From positions 163,805-227,804 of the forward strand of contig NIVC01001867.1 of the NCBI GenBank assembly GCA_002269645.1: DNA of 64,000 nucleotides, written 5' to 3'. The translations under genes and the position numbers were made by a program. The DNA comes from Macrostomum lignano. Taxonomy: Eukaryota. Numbering within the stretch: the first letter of the stretch is position 1; the number at the start of each line of letters is the position of its first letter. Below, one piece after another: positions 53,331 through 64,000 of this stretch. The notes below the pieces were generated by a model, which was not told where the DNA came from, did not search any database, and saw only the letters and a list, made by a program, of their open reading frames with translations.

Positions 53331-54568
53331 GGCAGACAGACAGATAGACAGACAGGCAGACAGACAGACAGGACTCACCATTTCTACAACTGTCCCGTTG
53401 CCATCCTGTTTTCTCCACATGTCCTCAAAGCAGATCTTGGCCACTTCGGGCTGCCCGCAGTCGCTGGAGTTGTCGCATTGCCAAAAAAGGTGCAGCAGCT
53501 GGTCGGAGCCGTTTTGCAGGACCTTAGCGTGCAGGGGCAGCGTCTGCTCAGCTGCGGGTTGAACCGCGATGTTTTTTGAAAACTTTGCTTAACTTTGCAT
53601 GCGGGAACTTGGTTGGCAACCCGTCTGTTTTCAGTCGCCTACTTGATTTTCCGTCTGCCTACCTGTCCTTCTGCTAGCCTACCTGTCCTTCTGCTAGCCT
53701 ACCTGTCCTTCTGGTAGCCTACCTGACCTTCTGGTAGCCTACCTGTACTTCTGATAGCCTACCTGTCCTTCTGGTAGCCTACCTGTTCTTCTGGTAGCCT
53801 ACCTGTCCTTCTGGTAGCCTTACCTGACCTTCTGGTAGCCTTCCTGTCCTTCTGGTAGCCTACCTGACCTTCTGGTAGCCTACCTGTCCTTCTGGTAGCC
53901 TTCCTGTCCTTCTGGCAGCCTACTTGTCCTTCTGATAGCCTACCTGTCCTTCTGGTAGCCTACCTGACCTTCTGGTAGCCTACCTGTCCTGCTAGCCTAC
54001 CTGTCCTTCTGGTAGCCTACCTGACCTTCTGGTAGCCTACCTGTACTTCTGATAGCCTACCTGTCCTTATGGTAGCCTACCTGTCCTTCTGGTACCCTTA
54101 CCTGACCTTCTGGTAGCCTACCTGTCCTTCTGGTAGCCTACCTGTCCTTCTGGTAGCCTACCTGTCCTTCTGGTAGCCTACCTGACCTTCTGGTAGCCTA
54201 CCTGTCCTTCTGCTAGCCTACCTGTCCTTCTGGTAGCCTACCTGTCCTTCTGGTAGCCTACCTGTCCTTCTGGTAGCCTTCCTGTCCTTCTGGCAGCCTA
54301 CTTGTCCTTCTGATAGCCTACCTGTCCTTCTGGTAGCCTACCTGACCTTCTGGTAGCCTACCTGTCCTTCTGATAGCCTACCTGTCCTTCTGGTAGCCTA
54401 CCTGTCTTTCTGGTAGCCTTCTTGTCCTTCTGGTAGCCTACCTTTTTGGATGCTTGTCAGATTTTCTGGTTGCGCGAGTCAGGCGAGTCTCTTACCTGGG
54501 CAGCAACATGGGAAGCTGCAAGCTGAGATGAAGGCAGCCAGCGCCACCAAACAACTGCGAAGGGTCAT
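51335..54568 (-). CDS. 5-exon, 272-aa type I membrane glycoprotein of unknown family; exons 54496-54568, 53379-53551, 52829-52948, 52301-52400, 51335-51687
   Basis: Signal peptide MTLRSCLVALAAFISACSFPCCCP. All junctions GT-AG and phase-compatible (819 nt). N-glycosylation sequons NGS, NSS, NGT, NCS. TM segment WVGLVAGTAATFLVAACAILIAWALL. Confidence 0.6.
51720..52150. repeat. Pyrimidine-rich (CCCTCTGTCTCCT)n array
   Basis: Intronic, seen directly. Confidence 0.9.
52455..52760. repeat. 12-bp minisatellite (AGAGTGACGGGT)n
   Basis: Intronic, seen directly. Confidence 0.93.
52962..53372. repeat. (GACA)n microsatellite filling an intron
   Basis: Seen directly. Confidence 0.97.
53655..54445. repeat. 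~19-20-bp minisatellite (CCTACCTGTCCTTCTGGTAG)
   Basis: Intronic, seen directly. Confidence 0.95.
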
Positions 54569-55214
54569 GGGAGGCGGAGATATTGCACTGCGAATTTCTG
54601 AGCACCTCTGCGGCCAGCTGCGGCACTTGCTAGCTGAGATTGTAGCCTGCAAGGTGTGTCTGAGCTGAGACAGCTATACTTAAGCTAGAGTAAGCCCTGT
54701 TACTGTGCCATTGTTCTCCATCTGTCTCTCTGCCTCTGTTTGTACACTCTGCTTTCACACTATCCTGTTTTCTTGTTTTCTTGTTTGGTTGATTCATCCA
54801 CAGCGTCTCATTGCCGAAGTCCTGCATCTAAAGCTTTTTATTTATTTCCGGTACCTGTCGAGTGGTAACTGCGACTGGGCTTACCGGAAAAAATATTTTT
54901 AAGAATAATCTTAGCTTAATTTAATGAAGAAATGAGAGAAGCATCGATTCGGATGCTTGCGGAGCATCTACAATGAATACATTCCGGATGAAGAAAATTT
55001 AAATGTAAAAGTATGTCTCAGAGCTTCATGTTCTGATATTTAAAAAGGTCCTTACATCCTTATTAATGCGGCTTGCTGCATACGAGTAGCTTACTTAAAG
55101 TAGCTATCCGTGATGTTGAAGTTTAAGCTTTTACCACAAAAATTGCCCTGATGAGGTTACGGTTTTCTCTCGTGGTTTCCCACCGAGACTTGAATGGAAA
55201 ACAGATGGATATCT

Positions 55215-55640
55215 CAAGGGGGGGACTCCGAAACTCCAGGTGGGAAAACTCCCAAAACTCCAGGTGGTAAAATGCGGTGGGAAAACTCCGGTTGGGAAAA
55301 CTCCAGGTGGGAAAACTCCAGTGGAAAAACTCCGAAACTCCGGGTGGGAAAACTCCGAAACTCCAGGTGGGAAAGCTCCGAAAACTTCAGGTGGGAAAAC
55401 TCCGAAACTCCAGGTGGGAAAACTCCGAAACTCCAGGTGGGAAAACTCCGAAACTCCATGTGGGAAAACTCCGAAACTCCAGGTGGGAAAACTCCGAAAC
55501 TCCAGGTGGGAAAACTCCGAAAACTCCAGGTGGGAAAACTCCGAAAACTCCAGGTGGGAAAACTCCGAAAACTCCAGGTGGGAAAACTCCGAAAACTCCA
55601 GGTGGGAAAACTCCGGTGGGAAAACTCCGAAAACTCCAGG
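55215..55640. repeat. 21-22-bp minisatellite (GGGAAAACTCCGAAACTCCAGGT)
   Basis: Seen directly. Confidence 0.92.
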
Positions 55641-55849
55641 TGGAGCCTGAAGCCATCCCAGCTTAGGGATGAGAATGCACTCGCAAGTGAAGCAAAACGA
55701 GCTATCCTCCTCATTTGAAAAAAAATATTTTTCCTGAGCCTGCCAGGCCATGCAAAAGCAATTACATGTATAATGCAAGTCAATCTGCTCCATTCTAGTG
55801 AGCTGTACATTCACTCCACAGTTGGACTGCAACTGCGACAGGCCGTACG

Positions 55850-56788
55850 TAGGGATTCCAATCCCGGGATCCCGGGATCCCGGGATCCCGGGATTGGGGC
55901 CAAAAATCCGGGATTTGAATCCCGGGATTTTTTTGGGAATCGAATCCCGGGATTTTTAATCCCGGGATTGCAAAAGACCGGGATCGGGATCCCGGGATTT
56001 CAAGGCCTTAATCCCGGGATTGGTCCGGGATTAGAACGACCTTTCAATGCCTAAATTAGATAATTTAAAGTCTAAACGTTTATTTGAATAATAAAACATT
56101 TATTTGTTTTTGCTGTTTCTCAATGAAACGTTAAACATTTGCAAAGCTCCTGTCCTAATTGAGCTAAAAATTGTTAATGTGAACTGTAAATTATAGATAA
56201 TTTTAACTTTTTTTTCGTTTTCTACCACGAGACGAGACTGAGGGCCTTTTCATATTGCTTGCTCTGGTTCCAGAACAAGAACCAATTTGTGAAGTATAAA
56301 CTTTTTGTCTCCATAACTAGAGGGAGATACGTGCTATAAAGTTTTTATAATTGAATGACAGTCGCCAAGAAGAAAGTGAAAAATTGTGCTAAGTGAGGCT
56401 GTTAAGGCAGTCAAATATTAACAGAGTTTAATAGTTATACTGCTGTTTTTCTTGGAATTCCGAACCGATTCTGGTTCTGGAATTGGTAATATGAAAAGGC
56501 CCTGAGACTCTGAGAGTCGCGAGACCATGACTACTGCACGCGGCACGCCGCACAGTCCGTCTAGCAATTTAGGGATTCCAATCCCGGGATCCCGGGATCC
56601 CGGGATTGGGGCCAAAAATCCGGGATTTGAATCCGGGATTTTTTTGGGAATCGAATCCCGGGATTTTTAATCCGGGATTGCAAAAGCACCGGGATTCCGG
56701 GATTTTGAATCCCGGGATTTCAACAGCATCGGGATTTCGGGACTATTCAATCCCGGGATTGTAAAATGTCGGGATTTTGGAATCCCTA
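55850..56788. mobile_element. Non-autonomous hAT-type DNA transposon (MITE), 939 bp
   Basis: 12-bp TIRs TAGGGATTCCAA / TTGGAATCCCTA. 8-bp TSD GCCGTACG at 55842-55849 and 56789-56796. Many subterminal ATCCCGGGAT palindromes. No transposase ORF. Confidence 0.9.
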
Positions 56789-57316
56789 GCCGTACGGCAG
56801 TGCAGAAATCCAGCAAGCTCTTGCTTGAGACGAAAGACCGCTTCTCTAACCTGCCCGCTCAGCTCAAGCCCCGGCCGAGACACAGGGACAAGCCTGCGCC
56901 TTCTCTAAACACTTCTCCTGACACATGCAATGTACATTGCAGGCGGTGAGTACGCAGGTGGTACGGGGGCTTGGAGTTTCAGGGGGGGAAGAGGGGCGGT
57001 CGCGAAGGTAAGGGCAGGGGGGTCCCTCGCTGCTTCATTATTGTTCACCCCCTCGCCTTGCGCACACGGGGTCAGGGAGAGAGGGGGAGAGAGAGGGAGA
57101 GGGGCGCGGAGCCCCACCTCACCTCCGCCGCCTTGTCCACAGCTATTCAAGAGCAACCCCCTGCCCCCGCAAGTCGCACAAGCGCGAGAGAAACCCGGAA
57201 GTGACTCGGCGCAGCTCAGTGGATTTCATTAGGAGCAGCTAAAGAATTCTCAAGCCACCGACTTTGGGCAGAGCGAGGCCGGCAGCAGAGGCGACAAAGG
57301 CAGCTCCGGCAAAACA

Positions 57317-59328
57317 ATGGCCGACCCCGTGCGCGCGACCGTGTTCGGCCTGATTGTGATCGGCTTCATTCTCAGCTTCATCGGCCTGGTCACCCCGTTC
57401 TGGGGCATGGGCCTGCTCACCCGGCTGGACAAGCAGAAGGGCGTGCTGGAGAGCCTGGTTAACAACTGGGACAATCCCAACTTCATCAAGGCCAGCATCT
57501 GGAACTCCGAGGACTGGTGGCCTGAGATCAGCGCCACTGGTGAGTCTGGGTGATGGGGTGGCTGGGAAGGGGTTGATACCCTCCCAGATCCTCAGTTGCC
57601 GCCCTCCCAGATCCTCAGTTGCTGGGCCAGCCTCCCAGATCCTCAGCTGCTGCCCTCCCAGATCCTCAGCTGCCGCCTTCCCAGATCCTCAGTTGCCGCC
57701 CTCCCAGATTCTCAGCTGCCGCCTTCCCAGATCCTCAGTTGCCGCCCTCCCAGATCCTCAGCTGATACCTTCCCAGATCCTCAGTTGCTGAGCCAGCCTC
57801 CAAGATCCTCAGTTGGTGGGCCAGCCTCCCAGATCGTCAGCTGCCAACCGCCCAGATCCTCAGTGGCTGCCCTATCAAATCCTCAGTTGCTGGGCCCCTC
57901 CCCAGAAAAATTAAGATAATAATCGGAATGCAATCAACCCAGGAAAGCAAAAATCAATGGTTAAGTGAAGCAGATTAAAGGATTTCTTTGCTTGTTTCCC
58001 TATTGATTCCCAATTCCCAGCTGTCTCCATCAGATCCCAGATTATCAAAGGAAATTTCCCATAAATGCAGCTGCCCCCGGGGGCATCTCGATTCGCGGAG
58101 GTTCGGGCAGCCAAGCCGAGTTTCTTTTGTGCTGATTTTCAATGCCTCGTGCCGCATCTCCTCAATCCTGGATCCCAGTCCATCCAGGCATCACACAGCT
58201 CATCCCCAACCCTCTCCGCTGGGCTTTCAGGCAAGGGCGTGAAGGGCAAGGGCGACCTGCTAGAGGCGAAAGTCTGCGCCATCTTTGCCATCCTGACGGG
58301 AGTCGCGGCTCTGGTCAGCCAGGGAGTTCACGCCTTCTCGGCCAGGCACCGCCTGGACAAACTCTGCACCGTCATGGCCAGCGGCTTCCAGGTCACCGCT
58401 GGTGAGTTGAGGGATTGGGAGAGTAGAGGGTTGGGAGATTAGAGGGACTGAGAGAGTAGAGGGTTGGGAGAGTAGAGATGTTGGGAGAGTAGAGATGTTG
58501 GAGAGTAGAGGGACTGAGAGAGTAGAGGGTTGGGAGAGTAGAGATGTTGGAGAGTAGAGGGACTGAGAGAGTAGAGGGTTGGGAGAGTAGAGGGGTTGGG
58601 AGAGAGATTCTAGTCGTTAAAAGAGAGGTAGGGATATCAAGAAGGCAGTGCAGGGAGACTGAGAGACCAGCTGTCACATCAGAGTCAGGAAGGCAGTGCA
58701 GGGAGACTGAGAGACCAGCTGTCACATCAGAGTCAGGAAGGCAGTGCAGGGAGACTGAGAGACCAGCTGTCACATCAGAGTCAGGAAGGCAGTGCAGGGA
58801 GACTGAGAGACCAGCTGTCACATCAGAGTCAGGAAGGCAGTGCAGGGAGACTGAGAGACCAGCTGTCACATCAGAGTCAGGAAGGCAGTGCAGGGAGACT
58901 GAGAGACCAGCTGTCACATCAGAGTCAGGAAGGCAGTGCAGGGAGACTGAGAGACCAGCTGTCACATCAGAGTCAGGAAGGAAACCGGGTGCTCCGCAGG
59001 GGTGTTCGGCGGCGTGGTGAGCGGCATCATGGGCGGCTGCCTGACGAACAAGATGGCCTCGAACCCGCTGTTCCGCCTGGGCGACAGCTTCATCCTCACG
59101 GTGCTGGGCAGCATCCTGTTCTCCGTCTGCGGCCTGTTCACAGTGTTCCACTTTGTGTACAGCTTCAAGGAGTCCGCGCTGGACAAGAAGATCCTGCTGC
59201 TGTACCCGGAGCTCAACAACCCGCAGTACGAGGGGACTCGGTACGCCGAGATGCCGCAGGACCCGTTCCCGACGTCCACCAGCATCGCGCCGCACCTGCA
59301 GTCCAGCCAGGGCGAGTACACCGCCTGA
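57317..59328 (+). CDS. Claudin/PMP22-like four-TM protein; exons 57317-57539, 58231-58401, 59000-59328 (240 aa)
   Basis: TM1 ends in TPFW, followed by an extracellular loop and three more hydrophobic helices. Phase-1 GT-AG introns keep the frame (723 nt). Confidence 0.72.
57585..57900. repeat. ~24-bp minisatellite (CCCAGATCCTCAGTTGCCGCCCT)
   Basis: Intronic, seen directly. Confidence 0.88.
58640..58980. repeat. 48-bp minisatellite x~7 (GGAAGGCAGTGCAGGGAGACTGAGAGACCAGCTGTCACATCAGAGTCA)
   Basis: Identical units ending just before the exon-3 acceptor. Confidence 0.95.
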
Positions 59329-60009
59329 TGGTGTGCACTGGCCAGAGGGAACTTCCGCTAACTACTGACTGAGTCACGAGTAGTGCGATAGGGACATTGC
59401 AGGAGAAATTAAGTAGCAAAAGTAAAGTAGGTCGGCTGTGTTGCCATGGTGATAATTTATAATTGTCATTAATAATCGTGTTTCTGCACCCAAGTTTTGT
59501 TTACCTGAACTGTGTCGCATGTCGCTACTTGATCAGTAGTTTATTTGCACGCTTATGTACCAGTTTTAATTACTTATTGTACATCAGTGTCAGTGAAGAA
59601 ATTGTTTTTACGAAGCATTGTAGATACTGAATGAAGGCTGGCACCATCCGGAACCATTTTTATTGTTTATTGATTTTTCGAATATTCCATCTATCGAGCA
59701 ATTAAATATTTCGAAATGTACGCTTTTCACTTGTATTGATTTCACGTAACTAAAATTACATGTGTACGCTATAATACATTACTAACCATCAGTGCATAAC
59801 AAGTGGATAACAACTATAGCCACCTAAAAATCCTATCTTTAACCTGATTGGTCAATGACAGTTCTTTTAAAAGTACATTCGCATCTGTTCTGTTGAACTT
59901 ACCCTGCTAACCAGTAACACCGCAGCATTTTACTTTATTTGTTTGCGCTTGCAAATTCGTGTGCAAACTCGGGGTGCAAATTCGGGTGCAAATTCGGGTG
60001 CACCAACAT

Positions 60010-60565
60010 TCAGGGTGTGGGGTTTAGACAGGTATTGAGGGTGTGGGGTTTAGACAGGTATTGAGGGTGTGGGGTTTAGACAGGTATTGATGGTGTGGGA
60101 TTTAGACAGGTATTGAGGGTGTGGGGTTTAGACAGGTATTGAGGGTGTGGGGTTTAGACAGGTATTGAGGGTGTGGGGTTTAGACAGGTATTGAGGGTGT
60201 GGGGTTTAGACAGGTATTGAGGTGTGGGTTTAGACAGGTATTGAGGGTGTGGGGTTTAGACAGGTATTGAGGGTGTGGGGTTTAGACAGGTATTGAGGGT
60301 GTGGGGTTTAGACACAGGAATTCAGTGTGGATTTAGACACAGGAATTCAGTGTGGGATTTAGACACAGGAATTCAGTGTGGGATTTAGACACAGGAATTC
60401 AGTGTGGGATTTAGACACAGGAATTCAGTGTGGGATTTAGACACAGGTATTCAGTGTGGGATTTAGACACAGGTATTCAGTGTGGGATTTAGACACAGGT
60501 ATTTCAGTGTGGGATTTAGACACAGGTATTCAGTGTGGGATTTAGACACAGGTATTCAGTGTGGG
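60010..60565. repeat. Two related ~26-bp minisatellites (GGGTGTGGGGTTTAGACAGGTATTGA and GGAATTCAGTGTGGGATTTAGACACA)
   Basis: Seen directly; one unit type grades into the other. Confidence 0.92.
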
Positions 60566-60809
60566 ATTTGTATGCCACAGACAGCTCGCAAGAACCAGTG
60601 GCTATAAGTCAGGCTGAGCCTATCATAGAATTTTATTTGATACAGGACACCATCACAGCGGACACGCTTAGCAGTACTGCATGCTTCTCAAATGAAAAAT
60701 ACACTACTCGTACTGTTAGTCTCTCGGGGATTCGATCCGCCTCGTGCTCAGCTAGAGGATCTCAACTGTAAACCTGCCTATAAACCTGAGTTGCAACTTC
60801 GTCCTCACC

Positions 60810-61307
60810 GCTGATGCGATGGGTTCGCTTCTTGTCCTGCTTTTTCTTCTTTTTCTTGGCCTTGTCTGCTTCCGGCTCTGCCGCTGCCTGCGGCGTTGTT
60901 TCTTGTGGAAGTGGCGGCGGAGGCGGCGCCTTCACCGGCAGCGGCTGCGGCTTCAAAAAGCGACGGCGGAGGCGGCAGACGGCGGCCACCTGGCGTAGCG
61001 ACCGCCAGCGCGGCGAATCGGTGGCGGCGGCAGCGGCGGCGGGGTGGTGTCCCGGTGACTTCAGAGAGCACCAGCGGCCGGCAGACGGGCTGCAGCCGCT
61101 CCAGCACCCAGCGCTCCGGCATTCGCAGGTGCACCGCTCCGCCAGCGCTGGCCGCGGCAGCCGAGCCGTCCTGGTTTTGACCAGGCTGACCGGAGCTGCC
61201 GATGGCGCGCTGGTCGCTCCGGCTGGTCGAAGGCGGGCGTCAAGTTCAGCGAACGGAGCTCCGCGTCCGAGACTGCCGTGGAGACTTCGACCGACAGTAG
61301 TCCTGTC
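60810..61307 (-). CDS. Probable internal coding exon of a minus-strand host gene (Pro/Lys-rich)
   Basis: Open GC-rich frame between a CCAG acceptor near 61308 and a G|GTGAG donor near 60810. Ends ...KAPPPPPLPQE...DKAKKKKKKQDKKRTHRIS. Boundaries are approximate. Confidence 0.4.
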
Positions 61308-61329
61308 CGCCTGGAATGGAAACCACGGG

Positions 61330-62050
61330 TAGGATCAGGGATAGAGAAACGGGAACTGAGGAGATCAGGGATGAAAAGAAAGGGGAACTGAGGGATCAGG
61401 GATGGAGAAACGGGAACTGAGGAGATCAGGGATGGAGAAACGGGAACTGAGGAGATCAGGGATGAAGAAACGAGAACTGAGGAGATCAGGGATGGAGAAA
61501 CGGGAACTGAGGAGATCAGGGATGGAGAAACGGGAACTGAGGGAGATCAGGGATGGAGAAACGGGAACTGAGGAGATCAGGGATGGGGAATCGGGAACTG
61601 AGGAGATCAGGGATGGGGAATCGGGAACTGAGGGGATTAGGGATGGGAATCGGGAACTGAGGGGATTAGGGATGGGGAATCGGGAACTGAGGGAAATCAG
61701 GGATGGGGAATCGGGAACTGGGGGATTAGGGATGGGATCGGGAACTGGGGGATTAGGGATGGGGAATCGGGAACTGAGGGAAATCAGGGATGGGGAATCG
61801 GGAACTGAGGGATTAGGGATGGGAATCGGGAACCTGAGAGGATTAGGGATGGGAATCGGAACTGAGGGAAATCAGCGGATGGGGAATCGGGAACTGAAGG
61901 GAGATCAGGGATGGGGAATCGGGAACTGAAGAGAGATCAAGGATAGGGAATCGGGAACTGAAGGGAGATCAGGATGGGGAATCGGGAACTGAAGAGAGAT
62001 CAAGGATGGGGAATCGGGAACTGAGGGAGATAAGGAATTAGGAACTAGGA
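61330..62050. repeat. ~30-bp minisatellite (GGGAACTGAGGAGATCAGGGATGGAGAAAC)
   Basis: Seen directly; degenerates toward the 3' end. Confidence 0.92.
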
Positions 62051-64000
62051 ACTGAGGGATCAATGATTTTTTTTCAAATACAGTGTATGGTGTATGAAAA
62101 ATTGTATATGCAAATTTATTATGTTAAGTATATACAAAATTAACAACTTTGTTATCAAGAAATATAACAATTAGGCCCATTTTTGCTCCAAAATGGCTTG
62201 AAGATACTAATATATCATAATTTACTAAATAATATATTGGAATGCATAAAAATCTTTGTACTTTTTCTTATGAATAGATACACTTACATAAATAGTCAAA
62301 GATGGCTTGTGTAGTCTAGGGGTTGGTCTATAGCAAAATAGAATATATAACTACATTTTAATTGCATGTACTTATATGCAAGAATAAATTTTCATACCTA
62401 TTAAATGCTTATAATACCTGCAAAAAATAATACCATTTTTATAATCTGGTCTTGGCAACATTTATAATACATTATATATTATAAATAACAAAATTACTAA
62501 ATATTTAAACACTAAGCCTATTAGATCCCTATTTATATTTATAATCTCTAGGCTATGCATGACCACTAACTAATGGCCATCTTACATAATACAAGTGTAT
62601 TTATTTCTATAAAAGGCAGTGCTATTAACAAAACAAGAAATATCCTAGTTTCTTAATATTAAACTATTTTGATACTAGATTTTTAACAAATGAAAACAAG
62701 TTTATTAATGCATACTTAAAGTCTTATAAGGTCTTATGTTTAAGGTTGAGATAAAAAATATAGTGATTGACAAGCATGTAACTAGGAAGTGCATTGTATG
62801 CTTACTAGCCATCATTAGTCAAAATGTATATCTTAGGCAACACATATTAGCTAGGCCTATTGCTTTAATTTGCAATAGTGACTTAGCAGACCTTAAATAT
62901 ACTTTAATAAACTTGTTTTAGGCCTAGTTCATTTGTTAAAAAACTAATGTCAAAATAATTTAATGCTAGAAATTAGGACATTGCCTTAAAACCATATTTG
63001 CCAAAATTACCTTTGCAAAAAATCCAAAATGTCTTTGAGCTAGGCTATATTTCATTAAAATACCATAGGCCTACTATAAAAAACTAACTTGTTAAAATTA
63101 CAAATTTTGAGTAGGCTAAGATAATGGTATTTAAGAATAAGATTTTTTATTTTTGTAGGCCAATCTCAAATGACAAATACGTTAAATACTTATATAGTTA
63201 TACTCTATAGCTATAGGCCCTAGCTAGGCCAAAACTAAACTCAAAATTTACTTGTTATAAACCCTAGTTCTACTTCTAGATTAGATTGAACATAACAAAT
63301 AACTGGATATTAAATACTTAGTTATATTATAATGCCTATCTGGCTTTTTTAGATCTATTATCACAGATAACTCATTTTAGTATATTGGACTCTAGCTTTG
63401 TGAAATAAATTAGGGCTAAAATTATCAAATAGGCCCTAAAGTCCCTAAGACACAAAAGATAATCATAATGTTACAAGCATAAGGACAAGGTGAGTAAGTG
63501 ATCAAAATTAAAGGCATGGCGGCATGGCCCATTGCAATAGGTCTACCATAGGCGTCAACAATAATGCCTATCACTCTTATCAGTATCAGTGACAGTAACT
63601 CAGTTGTCAATGCAATGTCAAATACAATTGATTTGAATCGGATGGATTCTTTATTGGCCATATTGGATGAATTTATTGAATTCTAAGGAAACTTTCAGTT
63701 TATATTTACTTCTGAGCCCAGTAACAACCAACATGAGTTGTCTGGGATGTATCTGACCTATGATATTTTTCTATTCTTCAAGATCGTCAATCCTGGATGC
63801 CCACGTGGAGCATGGTTTCTCGAAATTTCTAACAATTTTAACGAGCTTTTTCTACTCGTAGTTTAAAGCATGGGTGAATAAAACCATGGTTTAAGGCCTG
63901 CCTCAGATATATGATATACTTATTGCATATCTCAGGCGATTTTGTCTGATTCACGATTCAAGATGATGTTGTCTGAGTTGAAGGCTGAGTTAAACAAAAG

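Noticed and set aside
55131-55832. 233-aa minus-strand ORF as a possible upstream exon of the 51335-54568 gene
   Set aside because: Mostly minisatellite, and that gene already has a complete signal-peptide first exon at 54568.

Overview
Animal (metazoan) nuclear DNA. Evidence: GT-AG spliced GC-rich genes, a cadherin-derived EGF/LamG gene, a claudin-like gene, tRNA-derived SINEs and many intronic mini/microsatellites. Bases 759-18478 are a complete, apparently recent 17.7-kb Polinton/Maverick (polintovirus/adintovirus-like) insertion. It has 353-bp terminal inverted repeats, AGTAGTAG...CTACTACT ends and a 6-bp GCCGCA target-site duplication. It encodes protein-primed PolB, packaging ATPase, major and minor capsid proteins, an adenain-like protease, a fibre-like protein and a PLA2-integrase fusion. 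The main finding is a 303-nt IC1-type group I self-splicing intron (16071-16373) that splits the PLA2 calcium-loop motif (NFAG|PGT) of the PLA2-integrase gene. An intact free-standing HNH endonuclease gene lies immediately upstream and overlaps exon 1, which suggests a collaborative homing pair inside an animal endogenous DNA virus. The remaining 45 kb holds host genes (calmodulin-like, MFS-like, mini-cadherin, PAG/Cbp-like adaptor, a type I membrane protein, claudin-like), SINEs, a hAT-type MITE, about 20 tandem arrays and two CpG-free AT-rich islands. All calls come from manual reading; no database searches were run.
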